DNA of 63,981 bases, counting the filler, from an uncultured bacterium (GTDB lineage Bacteria; Hinthialibacterota; Hinthialibacteria; Hinthialibacterales; Hinthialibacteraceae): NCBI GenBank assembly GCA_964449065.1. It is 3 parts of 3 records of this genome, joined end to end, with 100 filler letters (N's around TTAATTAATTAA, not from the genome) between each part and the next. Parts side by side here need not be neighbours in the genome. Positions count along the whole stretch, not along the records: positions 1 to 27,970 come from CAYVAZ010000020.1; positions 28,071 to 55,421 come from CAYVAZ010000021.1; 1 more part is not named here. One strand, 5' to 3'. Within the stretch, counting starts at the first letter, position 1. Each line of letters opens with the position of its first letter. The notes beneath the pieces were generated by a model. The model was not told the DNA's origin. It saw only the letters and a list, made by a program, of their open reading frames with translations, and ran no database searches. This document shows, in pieces, positions 22,294-30,889 of this stretch. A program made the position numbers and the translations under genes.

Positions 22294-22527
22294 TTATTCC
22301 CCGTCATCACCAATCGACTCACTTGGACAAACATCCATTGCATTGCGCAATTCTTCTTCTTCTTGTTCATTTTCCGGCTGCTTAAAGACGATGGAATATT
22401 CCCCGTTGTCACTCTTTTTCAAGTTATTAGGGGCTTCGTCCAAGCAGACTTCACAATAATCGCACGAATTGTCTACATAGAATTTTCCCGGGGCATTGTC
22501 AGGATTCCGTTCTGTAACTGTAGCCAT
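22294..22527 (-). CDS. ferredoxin
   Basis: FYVDNSCDYCEVC...AP and CPSESIG. Confidence 0.9.
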   Translation of the reverse strand: MATVTERNPDNAPGKFYVDNSCDYCEVCLDEAPNNLKKSDNGEYSIVFKQPENEQEEEELRNAMDVCPSESIGDDGE

Positions 22528-22636
22528 AATAAAACCTCCAAATAAAATATAACGATCTATTTATCATTATATTGGAGGGCAGAAAAAATGGAAGCATTAA
22601 TGTGGATAAAAATAATAAAATTTATTTAGGATTTGG

Positions 22637-22969
22637 CTAATGGCCTACAGTGGAGCGTTTTTTTTCAATGATATCCATCTTCTTTTGAACCGCTTCCGCC
22701 AAATTAACACCCCGCGCGTTGGAATAATTCATCAACGCAATAAACACATCCGCGGCTTCATCTTCAAACAGGCCGGTGGCAATTTCTTTTCCTTTCCACA
22801 CCTTCTTTTCTAAATTCGCGAGTTCTCCCGCCTCTCCATTCAGTTCCAACGCGAAAAAATTTGCCCCCCGTTCAGGAAACCCGCTTTTTTGGTATTGATC
22901 AAACTCTTCCTGCAAAGATGCAAGCCCATCATAGCTAGTGGGTATCAATTCACCGGCATTTCTGTTCAT
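22637..22969 (-). CDS. MazG-like single-domain NTP pyrophosphohydrolase
   Basis: ELNGEAGELANLEKK..EDEAADVF. Confidence 0.8.
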   Translation of the reverse strand: MNRNAGELIPTSYDGLASLQEEFDQYQKSGFPERGANFFALELNGEAGELANLEKKVWKGKEIATGLFEDEAADVFIALMNYSNARGVNLAEAVQKKMDIIEKKRSTVGH

Positions 22970-23069
22970 AAAAACCCTCAGTATCGATTATTATTTGATA
23001 TATGTAGAATATCAAAAGTGTGTTGAATCAGTTCATACGTTAAAATTGCTGTACGAAACATTTGTTTCG

Positions 23070-23387
23070 AATAGTCTGTCCATCAAAAAATGATGGCTGG
23101 CTATCCGATTCCCCCCTTGTTAAGGGGGGGCTAGGGGAAATCGACACCCATCATTGAATCGTTGACACTGTACTAATAGTCTGACAGAGTCCTAATGTCG
23201 GGTCGAATTGGGAGGGCGAGGCTCCCGCCGAGCCACAAGGTTTTCACCTTACCCGACACTTTTTGTCTGACACTGTACTAATACTCTGTCAATCAAAGAA
23301 TGACGGCTGGCTATCCTTTGTCCCCCCCCTTGTTAAGGGGGGCTAGGGGGGATCGACACCCGTCAATAAAATGTTGACACTGTACTA
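23070..23387 (+). repeat. tandem array of three ~106-bp mini-elements (family C)
   Basis: TGACACTGTACTA at 23163, 23268 and 23375; units 1 and 3 are homologous, unit 2 carries a different hairpin. Confidence 0.85.
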
Positions 23388-23419
23388 ATCCCTAAACTCT
23401 AATCCCTAAACTTTTTTTT

Positions 23420-24076
23420 TCAAAATTCCCGTATTCGTATATTTCGAAACCAAACAGTTGAGTTCTCATCATGATTTTGAAGACCAATAAATCCAAGCAT
23501 TGTTTTCCGGCTGAAAAATGTACATACATGCTCTTTATTGATCCATACATTATATTCAGATCCCCGGGCGATTACCTTCATTTCATTCCACATCCCCACT
23601 GGGTTGGTGGGAATATGAGAGGGCGGGGCATACCCCCGAATCGCCCCGGTCTGATTCAGTGGATTGCCGTGGTTGTCTTTAATCTGCACTTCATACCCAT
23701 GCTCGATGGCATGACGAGGCACTTCCGGTACGTTGGCTATCCGTACAAACACGCCCGAATCGGCCGATTCACTGTTTGTTTTCCATTCCAGCAAAAGTTC
23801 AAAATCTTCGAAACGCTTTTGTGAGTACCACAATACCCCCAATCCCCCTTCGGTTCGCATGGAATCGTTTTCTTCGACAAAATAACCCGCCCCCACAAAT
23901 TCCCAGCCTCCTAAACCACCCCCGCGGTAGAGATAATCATAGTTTCCACTTGTTCCTATTGGAATTCGAGTTGCAGAACAGCCAATGAGCAACAAGCCGG
24001 TACAAATCATATGAAAAACGCAGCCGCGGTTGAATTCTGCCTTCATTTCGCCTTCCCCCCCTCTATACTTAAACAT
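23420..24076 (-). CDS. DUF1080 (3-keto-disaccharide hydrolase family) lipoprotein
   Basis: FEDFELLLEWK, DSGVFVR, YEVQI, GFIGLQNH..VWFRNIRI; LLIGC lipobox. Confidence 0.88.
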   Translation of the reverse strand: MFKYRGGEGEMKAEFNRGCVFHMICTGLLLIGCSATRIPIGTSGNYDYLYRGGGLGGWEFVGAGYFVEENDSMRTEGGLGVLWYSQKRFEDFELLLEWKTNSESADSGVFVRIANVPEVPRHAIEHGYEVQIKDNHGNPLNQTGAIRGYAPPSHIPTNPVGMWNEMKVIARGSEYNVWINKEHVCTFFSRKTMLGFIGLQNHDENSTVWFRNIRIREF

Positions 24077-24099
24077 TTACGGTACAATTTGACCTCAAT

Positions 24100-24630
24100 G
24101 TGTCATGGGATATCAAGATGCCTTTTTTACGAGACGGCAATTGTCCGCCCTTACTTCGCTGGTCTGAACCGGCTCAAATTGCAGGATTTACCAGCGCGTG
24201 TTTGATTTCATCCATGACGGTCGCTTTGCTATTGTATTCCATTGGCGTAGATTCCGCTATCGCCTCGATCTGCCGCAGCGGATACAGTTCACATATTCTC
24301 GGCGCGCTAATTCGCGTTGTGTGCTACCCCTTTGTTGAAACCCTAATGGCGCAATGGCTGCCTATACTAGCACTGAAAATCGTGAAAAAACAACCCGTTT
24401 TTCGAATCGCGTTTTCTTCGGTGATTTTCGCTCTCATCCATCTCAATGACGGATTCATTGTTGCATTCGCTTCATTTTTTACGGGTTGGATTTTAGCCAG
24501 CGCGTTTATTTTCTGCCAGCAAATCAGTTGGATCAAAGCCTACCGGGTTGTGTCTATCGCCAATTCCGTTCACAACAGCATTCTCTTTTTTGGATTTATG
24601 CTTTATCAATGGTTAACCGGTTCTCTATAG
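24100..24630 (+). CDS. CPBP/Abi-family intramembrane protease-like protein
   Basis: Multi-TM; PFVET, FALIH, SVHN motifs; start uncertain. Confidence 0.7.
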   Translation: MSWDIKMPFLRDGNCPPLLRWSEPAQIAGFTSACLISSMTVALLLYSIGVDSAIASICRSGYSSHILGALIRVVCYPFVETLMAQWLPILALKIVKKQPVFRIAFSSVIFALIHLNDGFIVAFASFFTGWILASAFIFCQQISWIKAYRVVSIANSVHNSILFFGFMLYQWLTGSL

Positions 24631-25404
24631 ACGCCGCAACCGAAACCCGCCGTCAACATCGATGACCGCTCCAGTGGAAAAATCAAAATGCCCTTTCGCG
24701 ATCGCCGAAACCGCTTTCCCGATATCTTCCGGCTTACCCCATCTGGGCTGAGGCGTCAAACCTTCCGCAATCAACTTGTCATACTTTTCTTTCACTACCG
24801 AAGTCATATCCGATTCAATCACCCCTGGGCGAATCTCATACACCAAAATATTCCGCGCTGCCAAGCGGTCGGCAAACAATGCCGCCGCCATGGAAAGCCC
24901 CGCTTTTGATATGCAGTAATCCCCCCGGTTAATCGACGCTGTATACGCGGAAATCGATGAAATAAACACGATCCGCGCGATATGTTGAATCTGTTGCCCC
25001 TGCAATTCCAGCATTTTGGTGGATGCATACTGTGTCAAAAAGAAGGGTCCTTTCAAGTTCGTGTCCATCACGCTGTCATAGCTATCTTCGGTTAGATTCA
25101 ATAAATCTCCGCGGTGTTTGGTGCCGATCCCCGCGTTGTTGACCAACAGATCCAACCGCCCGAATGTTTCAATTGTTTTGTCGATCAACCGCTTGCGGTC
25201 CCTCTCATTCGCGATACTGGCTTGGATAACTTCAGCCCGTACTCCATGCTTTGCCACTTCATCGCGTGTTTGTTCCGCCGCGGTTTGATTTCCCGCATAA
25301 TTAATCACAATATCATAACCGCATTGCGCCAATTCAAGCGCAATCCCTCTTCCAATCCCCCGGCTGGAACCGGTAACCACACCAACTGGACGGCTGTTCA
25401 TCAA
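24625..25404 (-). CDS. SDR oxidoreductase (3-ketoacyl-ACP reductase-like)
   Basis: TGSSRGIG, NNAG, YCISK. Confidence 0.92.
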   Translation of the reverse strand: MMNSRPVGVVTGSSRGIGRGIALELAQCGYDIVINYAGNQTAAEQTRDEVAKHGVRAEVIQASIANERDRKRLIDKTIETFGRLDLLVNNAGIGTKHRGDLLNLTEDSYDSVMDTNLKGPFFLTQYASTKMLELQGQQIQHIARIVFISSISAYTASINRGDYCISKAGLSMAAALFADRLAARNILVYEIRPGVIESDMTSVVKEKYDKLIAEGLTPQPRWGKPEDIGKAVSAIAKGHFDFSTGAVIDVDGGFRLRRL

Positions 25405-25533
25405 ATCTCTCCTCCCATTTCAAATGAATGAGTTATCATAATTCCAAAACAAGCAATCCAAAATATCAGTGAAATACTTTGTTATATTTGTCTTACACTA
25501 AGAACATGACGAAGTGGCAAAAAATCAATTTTT

Positions 25534-25555
25534 GTAGTGCAGGCGTCCCGCCTGC
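25534..25555 (+). repeat. GTAG-type REP-like hairpin
   Basis: GTAGTGCAGGCGTCCCGCCTGC; relatives at 27922 and 34222. Confidence 0.7.
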
Positions 25556-25620
25556 GGGCGCTGTTTTCACGGAAAACCAAATTGCAAAGGGGATAAGTGG
25601 GATCAGTCATTCACATGCGT

Positions 25621-25716
25621 TAGCGCAGTGTCATAACCCCCTTGCATAAGGGGGTGGAGCCGCAGGCTCCAGGGGATTTTGCGTAGTTGAAAGCGTGCTT
25701 CGATTCCCCCTTAACA
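25621..25716 (+). repeat. dispersed repeat also present at the window start (1-32)
   Basis: AAGGGGGTGGAGCCGCAGGCTCC(A/G)GGGGATT at both 25648 and 1; preceded by TAGCGCAGTGTCA, resembling the family C end. Confidence 0.7.
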
Positions 25717-25915
25717 AGCTGATCTTTACCCACATATCGGAGATGAATACACTCCAACCGGATGAAAGAAGATAGCCAGAGGCAGCGTAATAGATGGGTT
25801 TCGTAAAAAAAATGCCTTCCTCTCGGTTGCATTAAGGTCCTACTACCATTATCCAGGGTAGCACCGGCTTCCAGCCGGTACGTCAATCCGTACAACGCAA
25901 AATAAATATTACGAG

Positions 25916-26179
25916 TTCATGTTACGCATACGTAATGATATGCTCGTTAATTTCATCTACCGCTGTATCGATCGCCCTCGCCCACCGGGAGAGGGTGAGG
26001 GCTTAGGGAGACAATACCCTTTTTGTACACTACTGAGTAGTAGGGAGCAATCGCTCTCATCGCCCTCATCTCTTATCTTCTCCCAAAGGGAGAAGACGAT
26101 AGTTGTACGGAAAATTAAAGGGCTTTTAATATATCTCAATTTCAACATGAACTTTCTATTCTCTTTTGCGTAACGTCAG
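25916..26179. mobile_element. mini-element family B with GTTACGCA/TGCGTAAC inverted ends
   Basis: TTCATGTTACGCA ... TGCGTAACGTCAG enclosing CCCTCGCCCACCGGGAGAGGG (also at 2305) and CTTCTCCCAAAGGGAG (also at 19246). Confidence 0.65.
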
Positions 26180-26274
26180 TTCCGAGAAAGAAGTTGTCCT
26201 AACAATGTGTTTTAGAATTCAACCCGGCATTAAGACTCTGTCAGACTACTAGGAAACCGTTAAGAGGAAATACA

Positions 26275-27840
26275 TTGACCACAATCACAATACACATCCC
26301 ATGGCTGCTGCTAATCCCTATGGTCATACTTCTGCTTTATGGGGTGTTCGAAGCTGTCCGCAGAATCGGGCGGTTTTACTTCATCTATTCGAATATTTTA
26401 ACCGCAGAAAAAAGAGATTCGCGTTCCTTTGGATATCTATCTGAAGCAGACCGAAAAGCCCAAGAACTTATCGAGGCCAAAACCAAAGAAACTTGGCGTA
26501 AGTTTGAACTTTCCAACTGGCTTGATGTTCAAAAAGTATGGGATGACAGCTTCCGGCATATCCACAATATCGCTGCCGTATACCATCCCGAATCGAACAA
26601 GCCCGAATTTGAAATCACGGTTATAGAATTGCTGCGCCTCAATGAACGAATCAACAGACGCATTATTGCGATTTTAGAACCATTAACAATGCTGCAACAA
26701 CTCTCCGTCAACTCACTCATCGAAACCCATACCCTCATCAACCAAGCCAACGAAACCATCGAAAAAAAGGGCCTTAAAAAAGGCGCGGGAATCGCCTCGC
26801 GTATCTGGCAGGCGGTCAACGCCATCAATCCCGAATATTGGATTCGGCGCGTTTTGCTGCAAACCGCTTCGGAAGTCGTCTACCGCAAAGCCATGACCTC
26901 CATCTACCGCATCATCGGCAATGAAGCCATTCAGGTCTACCGTTCTTCCTCAGCCAAACCCATTGTTCTTGAAGCCATGATGGAAGAAGAAGGAAAGGCA
27001 AGAGAAGATAACCAGCAGCCCACTCAAGCAATCGAGCCGGAAATTATCATCGAAACAGAACGCAAACGGCATGACAGGGAATTCTTCGCGGAACAAACGC
27101 AATCGCGCTACAACGAGAATCTCTACACCCGCATCACCAAACTGGTTGCGCAATTTTTTGAAGGCAGCCTTACCCTTTGGAAAAAACTGGCCTCCCCAGA
27201 ACCCATTATTCAGTATTACCAAAAGCAGGGACATGGGATTTACACATTACAAGACATTCACACACTGCCGTTAGACAACGTGCAAATCGTCACTCGCCGC
27301 TACCGGAAAAGCGGCGAGTGGCTTTGCGCGATTGAAGGCGCCGCCACCGGAGTCGGTGGCTTCACGATGATTGCTGTCGATGCAGTCTCGCTTATCGCAT
27401 TGCAACTGCGAACCCTTCAGCAAATTGGGTTTTGCTATGGCTTTGATATGACCCAGCCGGAAGAAAAAATGTTTGCCGTCAAATTGCTGGTGGAATCCTA
27501 CAAACACCCGTCTAGGAAAGACCGCAACGCCATCCTCACGCAAATGAAATGGGTGTCACAGCTTATAAACGGAACCTCTCCGCTACACGTTTTGCAAAAG
27601 CAGATGTTTTCTAACGGTATCGGTAAAGCGGTTCAAATCATCGGGACGAAATTAGGCGCCCGAAAAGCCGCCCAACTGGTGCCGTTTATCGGCGCGGCAG
27701 TCGGCGGATATTTAAACAAAAAAGTGATGAAAGAAATTGCCGAAATTGCTGATGAAGTTTACCGCGAGCGGTTTCTTTCCCGCCAAAAGGTAATTGCCTA
27801 CAATGACGCGGTGGTGAGGGAAGAACCGTCAATCAAGTGA
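26275..27840 (+). CDS. EcsC-family protein with N-terminal extension
   Basis: EGAATGVGG..AVD, QIGFCYGFD, QLVPFIGAAVGG. Confidence 0.8.
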   Translation: MTTITIHIPWLLLIPMVILLLYGVFEAVRRIGRFYFIYSNILTAEKRDSRSFGYLSEADRKAQELIEAKTKETWRKFELSNWLDVQKVWDDSFRHIHNIAAVYHPESNKPEFEITVIELLRLNERINRRIIAILEPLTMLQQLSVNSLIETHTLINQANETIEKKGLKKGAGIASRIWQAVNAINPEYWIRRVLLQTASEVVYRKAMTSIYRIIGNEAIQVYRSSSAKPIVLEAMMEEEGKAREDNQQPTQAIEPEIIIETERKRHDREFFAEQTQSRYNENLYTRITKLVAQFFEGSLTLWKKLASPEPIIQYYQKQGHGIYTLQDIHTLPLDNVQIVTRRYRKSGEWLCAIEGAATGVGGFTMIAVDAVSLIALQLRTLQQIGFCYGFDMTQPEEKMFAVKLLVESYKHPSRKDRNAILTQMKWVSQLINGTSPLHVLQKQMFSNGIGKAVQIIGTKLGARKAAQLVPFIGAAVGGYLNKKVMKEIAEIADEVYRERFLSRQKVIAYNDAVVREEPSIK

Positions 27841-27970
27841 AAGATACCCCCGGCAAAAAGTAATACCGTTTTCAAATAGAAAAGTTCACTATGAATGACG
27901 GAACGAAAAAAATTATTCATAATAGTGCAGGCATCTTGCCTGCAAAAGCCATTGTCTCCCACAAAGATAT

Positions 27971-28070
27971 NNNNNNNNNNNNNNNNNNNNNNNNNNNNNN
28001 NNNNNNNNNNNNNNTTAATTAATTAANNNNNNNNNNNNNNNNNNNNNNNNNNNNNNNNNNNNNNNNNNNN
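27971..28070. other. artificial contig linker
   Basis: N-run containing TTAATTAATTAA (stops in six frames). Confidence 0.95.
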
Positions 28071-28124
28071 ATTCAGCGAACGATTAGAAAAACGGGCATA
28101 TCATAATGTAATGCGTAACGTGAG

Positions 28125-28182
28125 TAAGTAATAAAACCTAACACTAAAACTTCCGCACCAGGCGAATGCGCTGAATCGACTC
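28125..28182 (+). repeat. 58-bp direct repeat of 29068-29125 (toxin stop plus 3' end of gene 29087..29734)
   Basis: First 40 bp identical, 55/58 overall. Confidence 0.92.
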
Positions 28183-28197
28183 TGTAGGAATGTTGTT

Positions 28198-28226
28198 TTG
28201 ACAAATCCGCTGAAATCAAATACCAT
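28198..28226 (+). promoter_or_regulatory. sigma70-type promoter
   Basis: TTGACA-N17-TACCAT. Confidence 0.6.
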
Positions 28227-28407
28227 TCCGATAAGAATATAATCGGTTCCCCTTTATGAGATCTTCAGAAATGGGAGGGTTTGAGGCATTGAGCGTTTAA
28301 CCCCCCACCTAGCTTCCCCCATTGCATTGGGGGGAGGAATGAGAAATTCGATTCAATTTTTTGAAAATGCACTTTATATCGCTGACCTGTTACCTGTTTT
28401 ACAACCG

Positions 28408-28446
28408 TTAAAATTTTCGCGCCAGGCGGATGCGTTTGATGGACTC
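28408..28446 (-). pseudogene. second extra copy of the 3' end of gene 29087..29734
   Basis: Encodes ESIKRIRLARKF* versus ESIKRIRLVRKF*. Confidence 0.85.
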
Positions 28447-28461
28447 ATTGAGAACATTCTT

Positions 28462-28492
28462 TTGACAAATTTCGGTTTTTGCGTAATATAAT
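28462..28492 (+). promoter_or_regulatory. sigma70-type promoter of the TA operon
   Basis: TTGACA followed by overlapping TAATAT (N16) and TATAAT (N19). Confidence 0.55.
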
Positions 28493-28513
28493 AAATACAA
28501 TTTTGCTGTTAGA

Positions 28514-28810
28514 ATGAAAAAAATCATTATGCCTACTACACAAGATGTCATCCATGCTTTTCTCAAACTTCCACCAAAACAGCAAGAAGAAGTTAGAGAA
28601 TTTGTCAACTCAACCTGCAATGAAGCGAACTTCCTTGTTCAGGCGTTCGACGCTGACTATGTCAGGGAAGAAAATTATTCGCAAGAAGATCAAACTGTCC
28701 TGGATCAATGCCAAGAAGATGCCCGCAAGGGAATCAATACAAGCGGCCCGTTTAAAGGAAAAGAAGCCATTGACTTTTTAACCGAATTAGAGAAACAATC
28801 TCATCATTAA
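28514..28810 (+). CDS. putative antitoxin
   Basis: Small acidic protein abutting the toxin; LPPKQQEEVREFV and GINTSGPF segments. Confidence 0.7.
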   Translation: MKKIIMPTTQDVIHAFLKLPPKQQEEVREFVNSTCNEANFLVQAFDADYVREENYSQEDQTVLDQCQEDARKGINTSGPFKGKEAIDFLTELEKQSHH

Positions 28811-29074
28811 ATGGAAATCCATTATCACAAAAAGTTCACCAAAGCGTTTCTTAAGATCCCACCCAAAATTCGAGAGAAAGTAAAAGAATTAATAGAAGTG
28901 TTTCAAGAAAATCCGCATAATCCAGAACTGGACAATCACGCCCTTCACGGGAAACAAAAAGGGCAACGCTCTATTTCTGTTGGGGGTGACATGCGCATCA
29001 TTTTTGTGGAAGAGAATAATTATGAAACCGTTGTTTTACTGAACGTAGGAACCCACAATCAAGTATATAAGTAA
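28811..29074 (+). CDS. RelE/StbE/YafQ-family mRNA interferase toxin
   Basis: KKFTKAF, HALHGK, SISVGGDMRIIF, VGTHNQVY. Confidence 0.9.
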   Translation: MEIHYHKKFTKAFLKIPPKIREKVKELIEVFQENPHNPELDNHALHGKQKGQRSISVGGDMRIIFVEENNYETVVLLNVGTHNQVYK

Positions 29075-29086
29075 TAAAACCTAACA

Positions 29087-29734
29087 CTAAAACTTCCGCA
29101 CCAGGCGGATGCGCTTGATCGACTCAATCGGCACGTCAGGCAGGGAAACGGCAAACCGCCGGGCAAACGGGGCGCGTCCCGGGATGGTGGCGGGCAGCCG
29201 GTTTGAGTAAAAATCCTTGGTGATCATCAACTCATCGTTTTGGTTATAGAAGTACATCCGAAAATCAATCCCATAAATGTCTTGTTGCCCGTTGTTGACC
29301 AGCAATCCTATAAAAAATGATCCACGGCGGTTAAAAAATGAATACCGTGTGGGGTATATCGCGAATTTTGTAATCTCAAACCCGTTCTCCACATCCAATA
29401 ATACGGCTTTGTCGTCTTCCGTGGGGATGGTGGTTGTGGTGGTGATTTCGCGGGTAATGCTCCAAACGGTTGTGGTGGCTTCATGCACAAAATCCGTGGC
29501 GTTAACGACTTGCCCGGTCGTCGGTTTTTGCACACCCTGAACCACCTCGCGCACCTGAATATCCTTAAAAAACTGCGAACGGCCGTCCGGTTGGGTCAGC
29601 GTATAGCCGCCCTGCACCTTTTGCGCGGTGCCGTAGCGGAAATCGCCGTTGCGGAAAATGATCAAATCCGCATATAAACTTAACGCGGTCCCGAAAAATA
29701 TACATGCGGCGATAAATAAACGAAACCTATTCAT
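29087..29734 (-). CDS. exported hypothetical protein (FxLYD-like C-terminal domain)
   Basis: Signal peptide, ADLIIFRNGD, GLLVNNG..FYNQNDEL. Confidence 0.75.
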   Translation of the reverse strand: MNRFRLFIAACIFFGTALSLYADLIIFRNGDFRYGTAQKVQGGYTLTQPDGRSQFFKDIQVREVVQGVQKPTTGQVVNATDFVHEATTTVWSITREITTTTTIPTEDDKAVLLDVENGFEITKFAIYPTRYSFFNRRGSFFIGLLVNNGQQDIYGIDFRMYFYNQNDELMITKDFYSNRLPATIPGRAPFARRFAVSLPDVPIESIKRIRLVRKF

Positions 29735-29847
29735 CGGTTATCCCTGTTCGCAAAATTTCAATTGCTGATAGTATCGGTCACAATATTGTAGAATGAAATG
29801 AAATTGGAACAAATCATTTTTGGAAACCCATCCATTTTGGAGAGACC

Positions 29848-30645
29848 ATGAACCAAGAAACCAGCCAAACCGGTAAGAAATTCGAGCATCTGGTCCAGAT
29901 CATGGCCCGGCTGCGCGCCCCTGATGGTTGCCCGTGGGATCAGGAACAGTCGCACGAATCGCTGAAGAAGTATCTTATTGAAGAAGCCTACGAACTGCTG
30001 GAAAGCATAGACGGTAAAGATGATGCCGCCATGACTGAAGAATGCGGGGATGTGCTGCTGCAAGTGGTGTTTCATGCCCAGATCGCCAAGGATGAAGGCC
30101 GCTTTACCATAGATGACGTAATTGATTCCATCAGCAACAAACTGGTGCGGCGGCATCCGCATGTCTTTGGCGACCGCGAAGCCCACGACGCGGAAGAAGT
30201 GCTGCGCAATTGGGAAGCGGATAAGCAAAAAGAAAAGCCGGAACGCAATTCCGTGCTGGACGGTATCCCCAAGGCCATGCCCGCGTTGATGCGGGCGCAT
30301 CAACTGCAAAAAAAGGCCGCGCGCGTCGGCTTTGATTGGGATCATACCGAAGATGTGTTAGACAAGATCGAAGAAGAGATTCAAGAAGTGCGCGAAGCCA
30401 TTAAAGAAAACAAGCCTGAAAAAGTGCACGATGAAATGGGCGATTTATTCTTCGCGTTGGTTAACCTCGCCCGCTTTTTGGATATCTATTCGGAAGAAGC
30501 GCTGCAAAGTACCAACCACAAGTTCACCCAACGATTTCAATATATCGAACAAAAATTGAAAGAGCAAGGCAAAAAACCCGAAGACAGCAACCTGGAAGAA
30601 ATGGATAAACTGTGGGAAGAGGCGAAGAAAGAAGTACGGTTATGA
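29848..30645 (+). CDS. mazG: nucleoside triphosphate pyrophosphohydrolase MazG
   Basis: LRAPDGCPWDQEQ, EEAYE, RRHPHVF, GFDW, EMGDLFF. Confidence 0.95.
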   Translation: MNQETSQTGKKFEHLVQIMARLRAPDGCPWDQEQSHESLKKYLIEEAYELLESIDGKDDAAMTEECGDVLLQVVFHAQIAKDEGRFTIDDVIDSISNKLVRRHPHVFGDREAHDAEEVLRNWEADKQKEKPERNSVLDGIPKAMPALMRAHQLQKKAARVGFDWDHTEDVLDKIEEEIQEVREAIKENKPEKVHDEMGDLFFALVNLARFLDIYSEEALQSTNHKFTQRFQYIEQKLKEQGKKPEDSNLEEMDKLWEEAKKEVRL

Positions 30646-30889
30646 AGGATGACTACACGTTAAACTGAAGGATTGATTCGGAATATCGCAGGACTCCAGG
30701 TGTGTATTTGCAGTCAAAATTGCCTTTGTATTCACAATCTGTTCAAAATCAAAAAAACCTCCCATTTCAACCTACCACTTCAATTTAGAATTAACCGCTA
30801 ATATGTTACAATTTCCTAATTCATTATTGGGCATAGATATTGTTATGCCCGCACACTAATCATACTTTACTTAAAAGGAGATACGTTTC

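Noticed and set aside
23070..23387. CRISPR array
   Set aside because: The repeat is only ~15 bp, the 'spacers' are ~90 bp with their own inverted ends, units 1 and 3 are homologous, and there are no cas genes.
27971..28070. TTAATTAATTAA palindrome, and gene linkage across it (also 55422-55521)
   Set aside because: Artificial contig-joining spacer.
28125..29125. DGR template/variable repeat pair
   Set aside because: No reverse transcriptase is present, and the mismatches are mostly synonymous and not adenine-specific.
30829..30850. GGGCATA-N8-TATGCCC palindrome before the LamG gene
   Set aside because: Single occurrence with no assignable regulator.
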